64,000 nt of DNA, from the IMG/VR virus record IMGVR_UViG_3300013121_000005, positions 256,001 to 320,000 of that record; one strand, given 5' to 3'. Below the pieces are notes generated by a model. The model was given only the letters and a program-made list of their open reading frames with translations, did no database searches and had not been told where the DNA came from. The DNA is from a virus (Duplodnaviria > Caudoviricetes). This document shows, piece after piece, positions 56,062 through 64,000 of this stretch; positions within the stretch are counted from its first letter, which is position 1, and every line of letters starts with the position of its first letter. The translations under genes were made by a program, and so were the position numbers.

Positions 56062-56900
56062 CTCAACCCTTCGTAAAATGGGCAGGAGGTAAGCGCCAGC
56101 TTCTTCCTACTATCCTCTCTCGCCTTCCGTTCGAGACGCGAACCTTCTACGAGCCCTTCTTGGGCGGAGGAGCCGTCTTCTTCGCGATGGCCCGAGAGGG
56201 CGTCTTCAAGCGAGCCTGTGTCAACGACCTCAACGAAGAGCTGATCCAAGCGTACCGAACCCTTGCCTCCGAGACGTTGGCCAAAGAAGTCATCGACCTC
56301 TTGAAGACGTACCCTCACGACCGGACGTTCTTCGAGAGCCTTCGTCCAAAACTCCCCACGACAGCTTCTGAGGTAGAAAGGACTGCACGGTTCATCTACT
56401 TGAACCGTGTCGGCTTCAACGGGCTCTACCGAGTCAACAAGAAGGGGGAGTTCAATGTCCCCTTCGGTCAATACGAGAACCCGACGATCTGCGACGAAAA
56501 CAACTTGCTGGCCGTATCCGAGTGCCTTCGGAACAACGTTGAGTTCCAGTGCCAGGACTTCGCCGCGAGCGTCTCGTCCGCTCAGGCGGGGGACACCGTG
56601 TACTTCGATCCCCCCTACCTCCCCGTGTCGGAGACCGCCAACTTCACGGAGTACACGGAAGGGGGCTTCCCCTTCTCAGAGCATTGCCGGTTGGCTCAAA
56701 CCTTCCGTGAGCTGGCCAATCGAGGCGTTGCTGTCCTGCTGTCCAACTCGGATGTGCCTAGGGTGCGTGAGCTATTCGAGGGCTTCCAGATCGACACAGT
56801 ATATGCACGTCGTGCAATCAACAGTAACGGGGCCAAACGAGGCCCCGTTACTGAATTGCTGGTCAGCGCTAACCTAGGTACTCCTCAAGAAGGGCCTTGA
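56058..56900 (+). CDS. dam: Dam-family (D12) N6-adenine DNA methyltransferase
   Basis: KWAGGK, EPFLGGGAV, FNGLYRVN..FNVPFG, DPPY, LSNS. Confidence 0.92.
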   Translation: MTQPFVKWAGGKRQLLPTILSRLPFETRTFYEPFLGGGAVFFAMAREGVFKRACVNDLNEELIQAYRTLASETLAKEVIDLLKTYPHDRTFFESLRPKLPTTASEVERTARFIYLNRVGFNGLYRVNKKGEFNVPFGQYENPTICDENNLLAVSECLRNNVEFQCQDFAASVSSAQAGDTVYFDPPYLPVSETANFTEYTEGGFPFSEHCRLAQTFRELANRGVAVLLSNSDVPRVRELFEGFQIDTVYARRAINSNGAKRGPVTELLVSANLGTPQEGP

Positions 56901-57816
56901 TTTTCGCATAGGGGTTTGGGTCCTCCTGGAGCATCAGGAAACTACATCCGGCTGCCTTGGTATGCCCGCCCCCCGAAAGCCCTCCTGGACGGGTCTTCAC
57001 CCAATTGCAGAAGGCAGCCGTATCGAAGTTCGATGCCCTACAGGACAGAATCATTTTCACGGCAGCCTGGTCCGCCTGGTAGTGAAACCCAACAAGCAGA
57101 TCGACTTCACGACTCATTGTGTCATGGAGGTCACTTGTTACAGAAGTCCCCTGGATGATCGCAACCCTCTTGTCCCTCAGCGTGAATTGTACGCACTGAG
57201 AGACCAGCTCAGCCGTGTAGCTAAGCTTCTTTTGGGTTAGCAGGGGGCCCAACGCCATCCTATGGCTAAAGGTTGGGTCAAAAAACCGTACCCCATCCCA
57301 AGCAGAAGATGGGAAAAACTTGAGAACCTCTGCTTGCGCACATGCCTCCTCCCAATGAGGGCTTGTCCGCTGCCAGGTGTCCCGAATACCTGCCAGAAGC
57401 GCAAACCTCTCCACGACAGGTAGAGAAGACATGCGATGGATGGGGTTGTGGTAGAACATCTTCCAAACTTGGAAAGCTAGGGTTGCACCTGAGACCCCAG
57501 GATTAAGGGTCTCGTCCCCATAGACCCCATTCTCCCCAAACTGCTCAACCACTGCCTTGGCAGTCTTGTGGTGGTCCAGGACAATTGCACCCTTGTCCAC
57601 AAACTCCTGAACTCGACCCTCTGGAGGCGAAAAGTCACAGAAAAGCATCCCCTCCCGAGCTTCCAACTCTCGATGCTCAAGGGCACCGTATTGGAGGTAC
57701 GTAACCGGAATCTCCGGGAAAACATCCCGGAGAATTAGGGCGGAAGCAACTCCATCGGGGCAGTGTGCATGAGTAATGATTTCACGCACACTGCTGAGCT
57801 TCTCAAGTCGGATCAT
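56869..57816 (-). CDS. DHH/DHHA1 phosphoesterase
   Basis: HCPDG, CDFS, LDHHKT, SGATLA, GGGHTKAAG. Confidence 0.85.
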   Translation of the reverse strand: MIRLEKLSSVREIITHAHCPDGVASALILRDVFPEIPVTYLQYGALEHRELEAREGMLFCDFSPPEGRVQEFVDKGAIVLDHHKTAKAVVEQFGENGVYGDETLNPGVSGATLAFQVWKMFYHNPIHRMSSLPVVERFALLAGIRDTWQRTSPHWEEACAQAEVLKFFPSSAWDGVRFFDPTFSHRMALGPLLTQKKLSYTAELVSQCVQFTLRDKRVAIIQGTSVTSDLHDTMSREVDLLVGFHYQADQAAVKMILSCRASNFDTAAFCNWVKTRPGGLSGGGHTKAAGCSFLMLQEDPNPYAKIKALLEEYLG

Positions 57817-58031
57817 GTAGCCCCCTTTACGATTTCGTTCGGAGTGTAAACAAACGCGAGATCATAGTGACCTCCGGTTCGGAAGCAGTACCCCCCTGCC
57901 CCAGGTAGGATCACCACGGTGCAACCCTCGGGTACCTGATGCCGAATGGTACGAGCCCCATCCTGGTACCCAAGAACCAATGGCCCTTGATGGGTCCCTC
58001 GAAGGTTTGTATCACACTTGATCTCGTACAT
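57813..58031 (-). CDS. hypothetical protein
   Basis: ATGA coupling. Confidence 0.5.
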   Translation of the reverse strand: MYEIKCDTNLRGTHQGPLVLGYQDGARTIRHQVPEGCTVVILPGAGGYCFRTGGHYDLAFVYTPNEIVKGAT

Positions 58032-58052
58032 GCAATCCTACCTTTCAGTATT

Positions 58053-58388
58053 TCACGGAAGTTTCAGGGCTACCTTCTGCGCTGCCTTGGCCAAGCCTCG
58101 CCAGGTGGTCTTCTTCCTGGCCTTCAAGTTGGCCTTCCTCTTGGTCTCCTGCTTGGCCTTCTTCAGGTTGGTCTCCTCCTCCTGCTTGGCCTTCTTCAGG
58201 TTGGTCTCCTCCTTGGCCTTCTCCTTGGCCTTCTTCAGGTTGGCCTTCTCCTTGGCCTTCTCCTTGGCCTTGCGCCATGCCTCGATGTCTGCGATCGAAG
58301 CTGAAGCCAGGATGGCGTACAACGCCTCCATGTAGATACGAGTAGCCTGCCGAACTTTACTAGAGAGAGTCATTGTTTTCCCTTTCAA
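58053..58388 (-). CDS. Lys/Ala/Glu-rich repeat protein
   Basis: KAKE and NLKKAK repeats. Confidence 0.5.
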   Translation of the reverse strand: MKGKTMTLSSKVRQATRIYMEALYAILASASIADIEAWRKAKEKAKEKANLKKAKEKAKEETNLKKAKQEEETNLKKAKQETKRKANLKARKKTTWRGLAKAAQKVALKLP

Positions 58389-58397
58389 CTGAGATCC

Positions 58398-58700
58398 TCA
58401 TATCTTATCGAACCGAGTAGGATCTCGAACAAACTCGGTCTTGAATTCACCATGCACTATGTGCTGCCATTCCCCCCTTTGATTAGGGCCTGAGGCAATT
58501 GACACATGGGGCCCACGTAATACAACCACTGAAGTACCTTGGGTTTTAACCCCTCTAATTACAAGGGTTGTGTTTGGAGGAAATTCGCTGATTGCTAGCC
58601 AGCGAGGAGAGGCCACTCGAAACCACGTGTCTTCCCCCCGGGTTACAGCGACCCCCAAAACCGAGAGGCTCTCAGGTACTACTAGGTCCCCTTCTTTCAC
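58398..58700 (-). CDS. hypothetical protein ending in DPTRFDKI
   Basis: abuts upstream stop. Confidence 0.55.
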   Translation of the reverse strand: MKEGDLVVPESLSVLGVAVTRGEDTWFRVASPRWLAISEFPPNTTLVIRGVKTQGTSVVVLRGPHVSIASGPNQRGEWQHIVHGEFKTEFVRDPTRFDKI

Positions 58701-59381
58701 TTACTTGTCCCACAACTGGGCATGGGCCGCTTCTAGGGCTTTGTAGAAGGTCTGCTTTTGGGCTCTTGTTTGGGCAGCCGACTTCAAAGCGACGAAAGCT
58801 TGTCTGTAGTTTCCTTCCGCCATTTGCCGATAGTAGGCGTACATGAAGGTCTTACCCGTCTTACGTTTAGGCGGGGTCAAGAGCAGGCAAGCAGCCTGAA
58901 GGGCATCCGCTTGTGCCTGTACTTGCTCAAGAGACTCCACGGGGGGAGCTAGCTTTTGCTCTTTACGGGCATTGGACAGGCGAACAAGGTCTGCTGAAGA
59001 CACCTCACCCACACCTACACCTGCCTTAAGGGCCCTAGAGCGAAGAACTGCCTCATTTCCATTGGCCGCAGACTCAAAAAACAGGAAGTCCCCTTCCCGC
59101 TTAACAAAGACCCCATACCAACGGTTTTGGACTATGTTGCCGCTCCAAGCAATCCGGTCCCCTCCAAACTCCACAGCATCGAACAGCATGAGCTGTTCGG
59201 TTATGTAGAGGCACCCCCCTCGCCCTTGAGGCAGGAAGTACCGGTCGAACCCCCCAGGCTTTACCGGGTTGATGTCCACGACCGCAAGCCAATTACGAGC
59301 CCGTTCCTTGCAAAGCTCCAACACAGGAGCTTCCAAGAGGGCATCGTTGACATGTCGTAGCTTGTAAACTTCCATGCGCAA
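58701..59381 (-). CDS. hypothetical protein
   Basis: GGTGTA-N8-TTG. Confidence 0.7.
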   Translation of the reverse strand: MRMEVYKLRHVNDALLEAPVLELCKERARNWLAVVDINPVKPGGFDRYFLPQGRGGCLYITEQLMLFDAVEFGGDRIAWSGNIVQNRWYGVFVKREGDFLFFESAANGNEAVLRSRALKAGVGVGEVSSADLVRLSNARKEQKLAPPVESLEQVQAQADALQAACLLLTPPKRKTGKTFMYAYYRQMAEGNYRQAFVALKSAAQTRAQKQTFYKALEAAHAQLWDK

Positions 59382-59495
59382 CAGCTTTCTACACCAAAAC
59401 TCCCTTGTTCAACGAACGACCCCGAAAATTCTCAACCTGACCCTTGAAGAAATTTACCCCCCTTCGTTGAAGAGGCTGAGGTGTAAAAAAGAAGC

Positions 59496-59912
59496 ATGAG
59501 CATCGTTCAATACACGGATCTTCGTTCTATTACGAGGGACTCTAACAGATGTCAGACCCTCGTGGGGCTCGATTTCAACGGGGATAGGAAAGTGTGGCTG
59601 GTATTTGGCCAGTGCCAGATCCAACAGCGTGATGAGCCTGGGCAGCATTACCTGGAAGGCCGCATGCTGGAAGGGGCCACGGACTTTGATCATGACAGCC
59701 CCTACGCCATCCGGCTCCCCCTCGTCGGCCTGACCTACAAAAATACCAACGGTGAGGTTATCCGGTTCGAGGTGGACCCCGCAGTCGCGGCTGCACGCAA
59801 TCAACACGGAGTTCCTCAGAGTGAGATTGAAGCTCAGCTTCGTCAAATTGAGGGTGCTCTTGAAACGTGGCCGCCTTTCTGGCCCACCCCTAGGGCAATT
59901 GGTCCGTTTTGA
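59496..59912 (+). CDS. hypothetical protein
   Basis: GGTGTA-N10-ATG. Confidence 0.65.
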   Translation: MSIVQYTDLRSITRDSNRCQTLVGLDFNGDRKVWLVFGQCQIQQRDEPGQHYLEGRMLEGATDFDHDSPYAIRLPLVGLTYKNTNGEVIRFEVDPAVAAARNQHGVPQSEIEAQLRQIEGALETWPPFWPTPRAIGPF

Positions 59913-59928
59913 GGTGTAGGTAACGAGA

Positions 59929-60510
59929 ATGAACCTACCTCTCATCCAAGCTGCCCTCGAACTGATTCGACTTGAAACCGAAATGGGCGAGCACTTGGCT
60001 TACCTCCAACAGCAAGGGGGTGAGATTGGACCGCTCCTCAAGGAAGCTCACCTCAAGAAGCGAGAGAAGCTTGCCAACGCCCACCAAAAGATGCGGGAGC
60101 TTCTCCCTGACCCGAACATACTCCCAGAAGAGCTGCCCATCCAAGCTGCCCTCAAGGACCAAAAACCCATGTCCCCACTGGCAGTCTTCACCCGCCTGAC
60201 TCAATTGGGGTTCCTCCCACATATGCATGAAGTCTCACACATGCTGTGGGAAATGGCACAAGCAGGGGAGATCGAATACCTCAACCCTGGGCTGTACAAA
60301 GCCCACAAACCCAAAAGTCGCTTCCACGACCTCTTCGCCTCCGTCCACCAACCCGGCGACATGCCGAAAACCTTGATCGAACGCCTGACCGTCGAAGCCC
60401 TCGGCTGGCCAAAGGAGTTTGAGCAAGAAATCAAAGACTTCCGCAAGCTCAACACGGAGAGTAGGATCCAAGCGGCTGGGGCCTTCCTTTTCAATTGGCC
60501 AGAGGATTGA
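59929..60510 (+). CDS. hypothetical protein (possible wHTH; KSRFHDL internal)
   Basis: GGTGTA-N10-ATG. Confidence 0.65.
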   Translation: MNLPLIQAALELIRLETEMGEHLAYLQQQGGEIGPLLKEAHLKKREKLANAHQKMRELLPDPNILPEELPIQAALKDQKPMSPLAVFTRLTQLGFLPHMHEVSHMLWEMAQAGEIEYLNPGLYKAHKPKSRFHDLFASVHQPGDMPKTLIERLTVEALGWPKEFEQEIKDFRKLNTESRIQAAGAFLFNWPED

Positions 60511-60537
60511 AAATCCTCTAGTCTCTTCGTTCTAGCC

Positions 60538-60729
60538 ATGAGGAGACGAAACTACCGGGAAGAGTTTGACCGAAAGAAAGACCTGGAATTCCTTGCGACC
60601 CTCCGCACGGCTACCCGGGAACAGCTTCTCACCCTCGAACACAACTTCCAACACGACAGTGCACCCGCATGGAAGAAAATCGCCATCGCGAGGGCCCTTC
60701 AGAGACTACCCAAAGAAGAAGAGACCTAA
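60538..60729 (+). CDS. hypothetical protein
   Basis: operon packing. Confidence 0.55.
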   Translation: MRRRNYREEFDRKKDLEFLATLRTATREQLLTLEHNFQHDSAPAWKKIAIARALQRLPKEEET

Positions 60730-61113
60730 ATGAAATCAGGATGCTGCAACGCCGAAATCACCTTCACGCCAAGTGCCTTCTTGGACTTTGGTTGGGACAG
60801 GTGCAGCCAGTGTGAGCTTGAAGTCCGCTACGCTCTCGTAGGCCACCCATGGGAGAAGGAACATGCATGTGGGGTGTTCCGAGCCTACGACAACAAGTTG
60901 TACTTCTTCTGGATGGCCGTGTCCTCCAAACAATCCTTGGACGATTACCTCAAACGAGGTTGGAAATTCGTCGGCGTCATTAAAGAGGTAGTCGCCACGA
61001 TCGGACAGAAATACCACACCCAAGACACAGACATGTTGTCCCCGGAACAACATAGAGCCTTCTCGCACTACTGGATGCCCCATGTGGAAAACCCAGAGCT
61101 GGCCCTGAAATGA
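60730..61113 (+). CDS. hypothetical protein with N-terminal Zn ribbon
   Basis: SGCC..CSQC. Confidence 0.55.
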   Translation: MKSGCCNAEITFTPSAFLDFGWDRCSQCELEVRYALVGHPWEKEHACGVFRAYDNKLYFFWMAVSSKQSLDDYLKRGWKFVGVIKEVVATIGQKYHTQDTDMLSPEQHRAFSHYWMPHVENPELALK

Positions 61114-61952
61114 CCCAAGAAGACCTTGACGACTTCCTTGAGTTTATTGACAACAAGCCTAAGCTTAAAGTCATCCAACCACGGGATGAAGGGGATCTCG
61201 ACGACTTCATCCTTGCTACCCAAGAGGAAATTCCAGCCCTGCCCGTGTGTGAGGACCCCGAAGCCCAAGTAACTCGGATCCTCACACACGTGCCAACCGC
61301 ACTCCCCTCCTACGTCCAACAGCTCGTCCAGCGATCCCCCTCTGCGTTCATCCAGACCCTCCTCAGCCCCATGAACGCTCGCACAACTGTGCCCCGTAAC
61401 CGAATCCTCGAATTCGGCTACGTCACTGCCAAAAAAATCCACCCGCTAGACCCACGGGGCATCCGCTGCCTCTCTGACCTCGGCCTCCCACTCAAAAAAG
61501 AATGGGTCATCGAAGATGGCCGCCGCTGCGTCGCCTACACGTTCGAGCCCGAACGGTTCATCAAACAACGCCGTCATCGAGTCGCTACCGTAAAAATCCG
61601 TAACGCTCTCGCCAAACTACGCAACTACACTTGCGAGATTTGCAAGAACGTCTACCCCCTCTCTTTCCTAGAGTGTGACCATAGGATTACCTACGCCATC
61701 AGCGGAGACGAGAACATCGAAGCCCTGGGCCTGGAAGCCTTCCAACTCCTCTGCCTCTCCTGCAATCGACGTAAGCTCATCGAGTGCCGCCGCTGCCCCA
61801 ACACACTCCCAGAAAAATGCGGTAGGTGCTTCTGGGCCTCCCCCGATGACTACGACCACATCGCAACCGTACCCGTCAAGTACTTCGTACGAGTCACCAC
61901 GCCCGACAAGTACAACCAACTCGTAGACTACGCCAAAGTTCTTGGCATCTAG
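61110..61952 (+). CDS. HNH nuclease, R.KpnI-like architecture
   Basis: PRGIRCLSDLGLPL, CEIC, DHR, CNRRK, CxxC.N..CxxCFWASPDDYDHIA. Confidence 0.65.
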   Translation: MTQEDLDDFLEFIDNKPKLKVIQPRDEGDLDDFILATQEEIPALPVCEDPEAQVTRILTHVPTALPSYVQQLVQRSPSAFIQTLLSPMNARTTVPRNRILEFGYVTAKKIHPLDPRGIRCLSDLGLPLKKEWVIEDGRRCVAYTFEPERFIKQRRHRVATVKIRNALAKLRNYTCEICKNVYPLSFLECDHRITYAISGDENIEALGLEAFQLLCLSCNRRKLIECRRCPNTLPEKCGRCFWASPDDYDHIATVPVKYFVRVTTPDKYNQLVDYAKVLGI

Positions 61953-61986
61953 TTGAAGAACCCAAATCTGGTTCGTTGTGTAAAGC

Positions 61987-62217
61987 ATGAACCAGCGCTT
62001 CATCTTCCGAACCAAGGACGGGACCCAGTACCACTTGGTTCAAGCGGGGCTCAATGGCCCCTGGACGGTCATCTACAACCCAGGGCCCGGAGGACAGAAG
62101 AAGTTCCCCTCCCTGAACCAAGCCCTCCATACCCTCGGGGGCATCGTCCAGTGGGATGCCTGGTCCAGAACCTCCAAGGCTACCCTCCTCGCCCTCAACC
62201 ACGATAAGGCTATCTAA
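61987..62217 (+). CDS. hypothetical protein
   Basis: ATG, same codon bias as neighbours. Confidence 0.55.
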   Translation: MNQRFIFRTKDGTQYHLVQAGLNGPWTVIYNPGPGGQKKFPSLNQALHTLGGIVQWDAWSRTSKATLLALNHDKAI

Positions 62218-62220
62218 AGG

Positions 62221-62589
62221 ATGACACCCTTCTACAAAACGCTCAACCAAGAGCACCAAGCTGTCCTGCTCACCCAGATGCGAGCATGGGGGAACGAGGC
62301 CATCCGACTCTTCGAGCAAGCACGCCTCCCACAAGGTACCATCCCAGTAGGGGCAGGGGACTTCGACGAGTACACCCTCCCAGGAGCCCTCCGACAAGAG
62401 TTGTGCTCCGCCCTCCGTACCCAACCCTCCCTAGAAGACGTCGAAGCCCAAGTCGCTCGACGCCTCACCCTGTGGGTCTTCAACCACAACAGGATGAGAC
62501 CCAAGGACGTAAACTGGCAACGGAACCCAGATACCTGGAAGCGTGACCTGGCTAAGCTCATGCAAACCCTACGACAGATTCTGACTTGA
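62221..62589 (+). CDS. hypothetical protein
   Basis: operon packing. Confidence 0.6.
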   Translation: MTPFYKTLNQEHQAVLLTQMRAWGNEAIRLFEQARLPQGTIPVGAGDFDEYTLPGALRQELCSALRTQPSLEDVEAQVARRLTLWVFNHNRMRPKDVNWQRNPDTWKRDLAKLMQTLRQILT

Positions 62590-62955
62590 GAAACCTAGAG
62601 GGCCTTCGTTTAGGTAGGAGAGAGAGCCGGGAGAAGAAGACGGGAGACTGAGAAGAAGCCGTGAGAAGAAAGAAGCCGTGAGAAACAAGGAAAACCCCGC
62701 CCCTTGGGGCCCGGTCCCTCCTTGTTTCCAGTGAGATTGTAATCCTTCTTAGTCCCTCGTAAACCAAACCTACGACCGTCTCAGAACAGCGTCTTTCAGG
62801 AGAGAAAATGAACCCTCTTGGCACGCTATTTGACGCGAACTTTCTAAGGCGAGGGCTGAGGTTGGATTTCCGGTAACGGGCAGGAGAAACAGTTGATGAA
62901 AACCCACTACCCTTTTGGGGTGGGTTGGTGTATAGAGTTTGGAAAGGAGACTGTA

Positions 62956-63411
62956 ATGAGTGACCAGGAAATGAGTGCAGAGAAGATGTTGGCGTCCTAC
63001 AAGGACGCCACGGCGACCATGGAGAAGCTGGAGAAGGCACTGGAGGTGCTGAAGGGCCAGCGGAGCAATCTCGTGAAGGGGCTGTACGACCTTTCGGGGA
63101 AGGGGCCCTACACGGTGGAGGGGCGCGAGTGCAACATCGTGGTCAAGGGGGATACGTACTACTTCTTGCCCGTGAAGACGGCTGGGAGCGGTGGCGGGCC
63201 CAGGAAGGCGGCTCCCTCTGCTGAGACCTTGGCGCGGTTGGCCGAGGCAGTGAGGGCCAAGGGTGGACCCGTTCCCGTGTCCGTGATTGCCAGGGACTTG
63301 GGGGAGGAGGTTGGTCCCAAGTTCTCCGAGCTGGTGAAGGCGGCTCTTGAGCAGGGCCTGATCACAAAGACCGGGGAGCGTGCGGCGACCCGTTACAGCG
63401 TTCCGGCCTGA
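62956..63411 (+). CDS. DNA-binding protein with C-terminal winged helix
   Basis: AGGAG SD; VIARDLG..LITKTGERAATRY. Confidence 0.7.
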   Translation: MSDQEMSAEKMLASYKDATATMEKLEKALEVLKGQRSNLVKGLYDLSGKGPYTVEGRECNIVVKGDTYYFLPVKTAGSGGGPRKAAPSAETLARLAEAVRAKGGPVPVSVIARDLGEEVGPKFSELVKAALEQGLITKTGERAATRYSVPA

Positions 63412-63599
63412 TGTCGGATCGTCGGAAGGACAGCCTAGCGCTGGCCTTTTTCGGAGATGCCCTTAGAGAGGCTCTGGGACTGGAGCCTCTCTACCAAAGC
63501 GGTAGGGCCCCCCAGAAAGAGGCAGAGAGGTTCTATCAAGCCCCCTTCACCTTCCCCTCGCCGAGCATGCGCAGTAGGGACTAGAGGGACCTCGAATTG

Positions 63600-63640
63600 A
63601 AAAAAGGTGTACTTCCTGGGAAAGGAGGTACACCTTTTTT
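63600..63640. terminator. hairpin flanked by A/T runs
   Basis: AAAAAAGGTGTACTTCC..GGAGGTACACCTTTTTT. Confidence 0.65.
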
Positions 63641-63667
63641 CATGTGGGTGTCTTCAGTTTCGTATGT

Positions 63668-63713
63668 CCGGTTAGAGTTTCATATCCCCTAGGGGTCATG
63701 AAACTCTAACCGG
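63668..63713. repeat. 46-nt near-perfect palindrome
   Basis: CCGGTTAGAGTTTCAT-atCCCCTAGGGGtc-ATGAAACTCTAACCGG. Confidence 0.85.
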
Positions 63714-64000
63714 GTGTATGAAACTGGATCTTGGATCCAAGTCACCTACATTGGGTTTTCGGGGTCGAACTAATTGAAGGGGGTCCGGGAGGGGCGGTTG
63801 AATTAATCGAAGGGGTGTTGTCTTTTTTGGTTGAGAGAACTCGCACCCCTTCGTTGAAGTGGTGTAATCAGGAAGAAACCACGAAGAAGGTAGGCGATTG
63901 ACGTAAGCATTGGGACGCTAGCAGAATTCTGAGGGAGGGCCGAAGTGCCGTACGTGACCCTTAGAGCGGCGATAACCTTGAACGTACAACGGGCAAATTC

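Noticed and set aside
1-64000. Stop-codon reassignment (code 15 or 4)
   Set aside because: Long genes are intact under code 11, and TAG and TGA both end genes at tight gene junctions.

Overview
The window is a gene-dense accessory and nucleotide-metabolism region of a large (jumbo-type) dsDNA bacteriophage, with most genes on the minus strand. It contains no rRNA, tRNA, CRISPR array or core structural operon. A myxobacterial host is weakly suggested. Recognisable genes: an endolysin with a PG-binding domain, an SLT-like enzyme, a SNF2 helicase, DUF262, a 2H phosphoesterase, three AAA+ ATPases (one with a LAGLIDADG intein in Walker A), a Panacea/DUF4065 protein, a GH5 glycosidase with a coiled coil, four zincin (HExGH) metallopeptidases, BtpA, HAD, ASCH, dNMP kinase, ThyA, an NDT-like protein, a GT51 transglycosylase, an RNB-dsRBD-dsRBD nuclease, a vWA protein, an HD hydrolase, a Dam-type MTase, a DHH phosphoesterase and two HNH nucleases. 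The most interesting signals are short motifs shared by unrelated genes: (1) a [TS]-R-[FY]-[DES]-x-hydrophobic peptide at or near the C-terminus of ten unrelated small proteins, in one case visibly duplicated at DNA level; (2) N-terminal leaders (Y-x-Y-[DE]-R-[RK] or V-x-x-R-[FY]) plus a T-rich upstream element on the zincins and other probable virion cargo; (3) GGTGTA 8-11 nt upstream of many start codons (putative leaderless promoters); (4) a probable major-capsid N-terminal fragment inside a small non-capsid protein; (5) two tandem promoter-palindrome-hairpin small-RNA units near 53 kb. All family calls come from motif recognition by eye; no database search was run.
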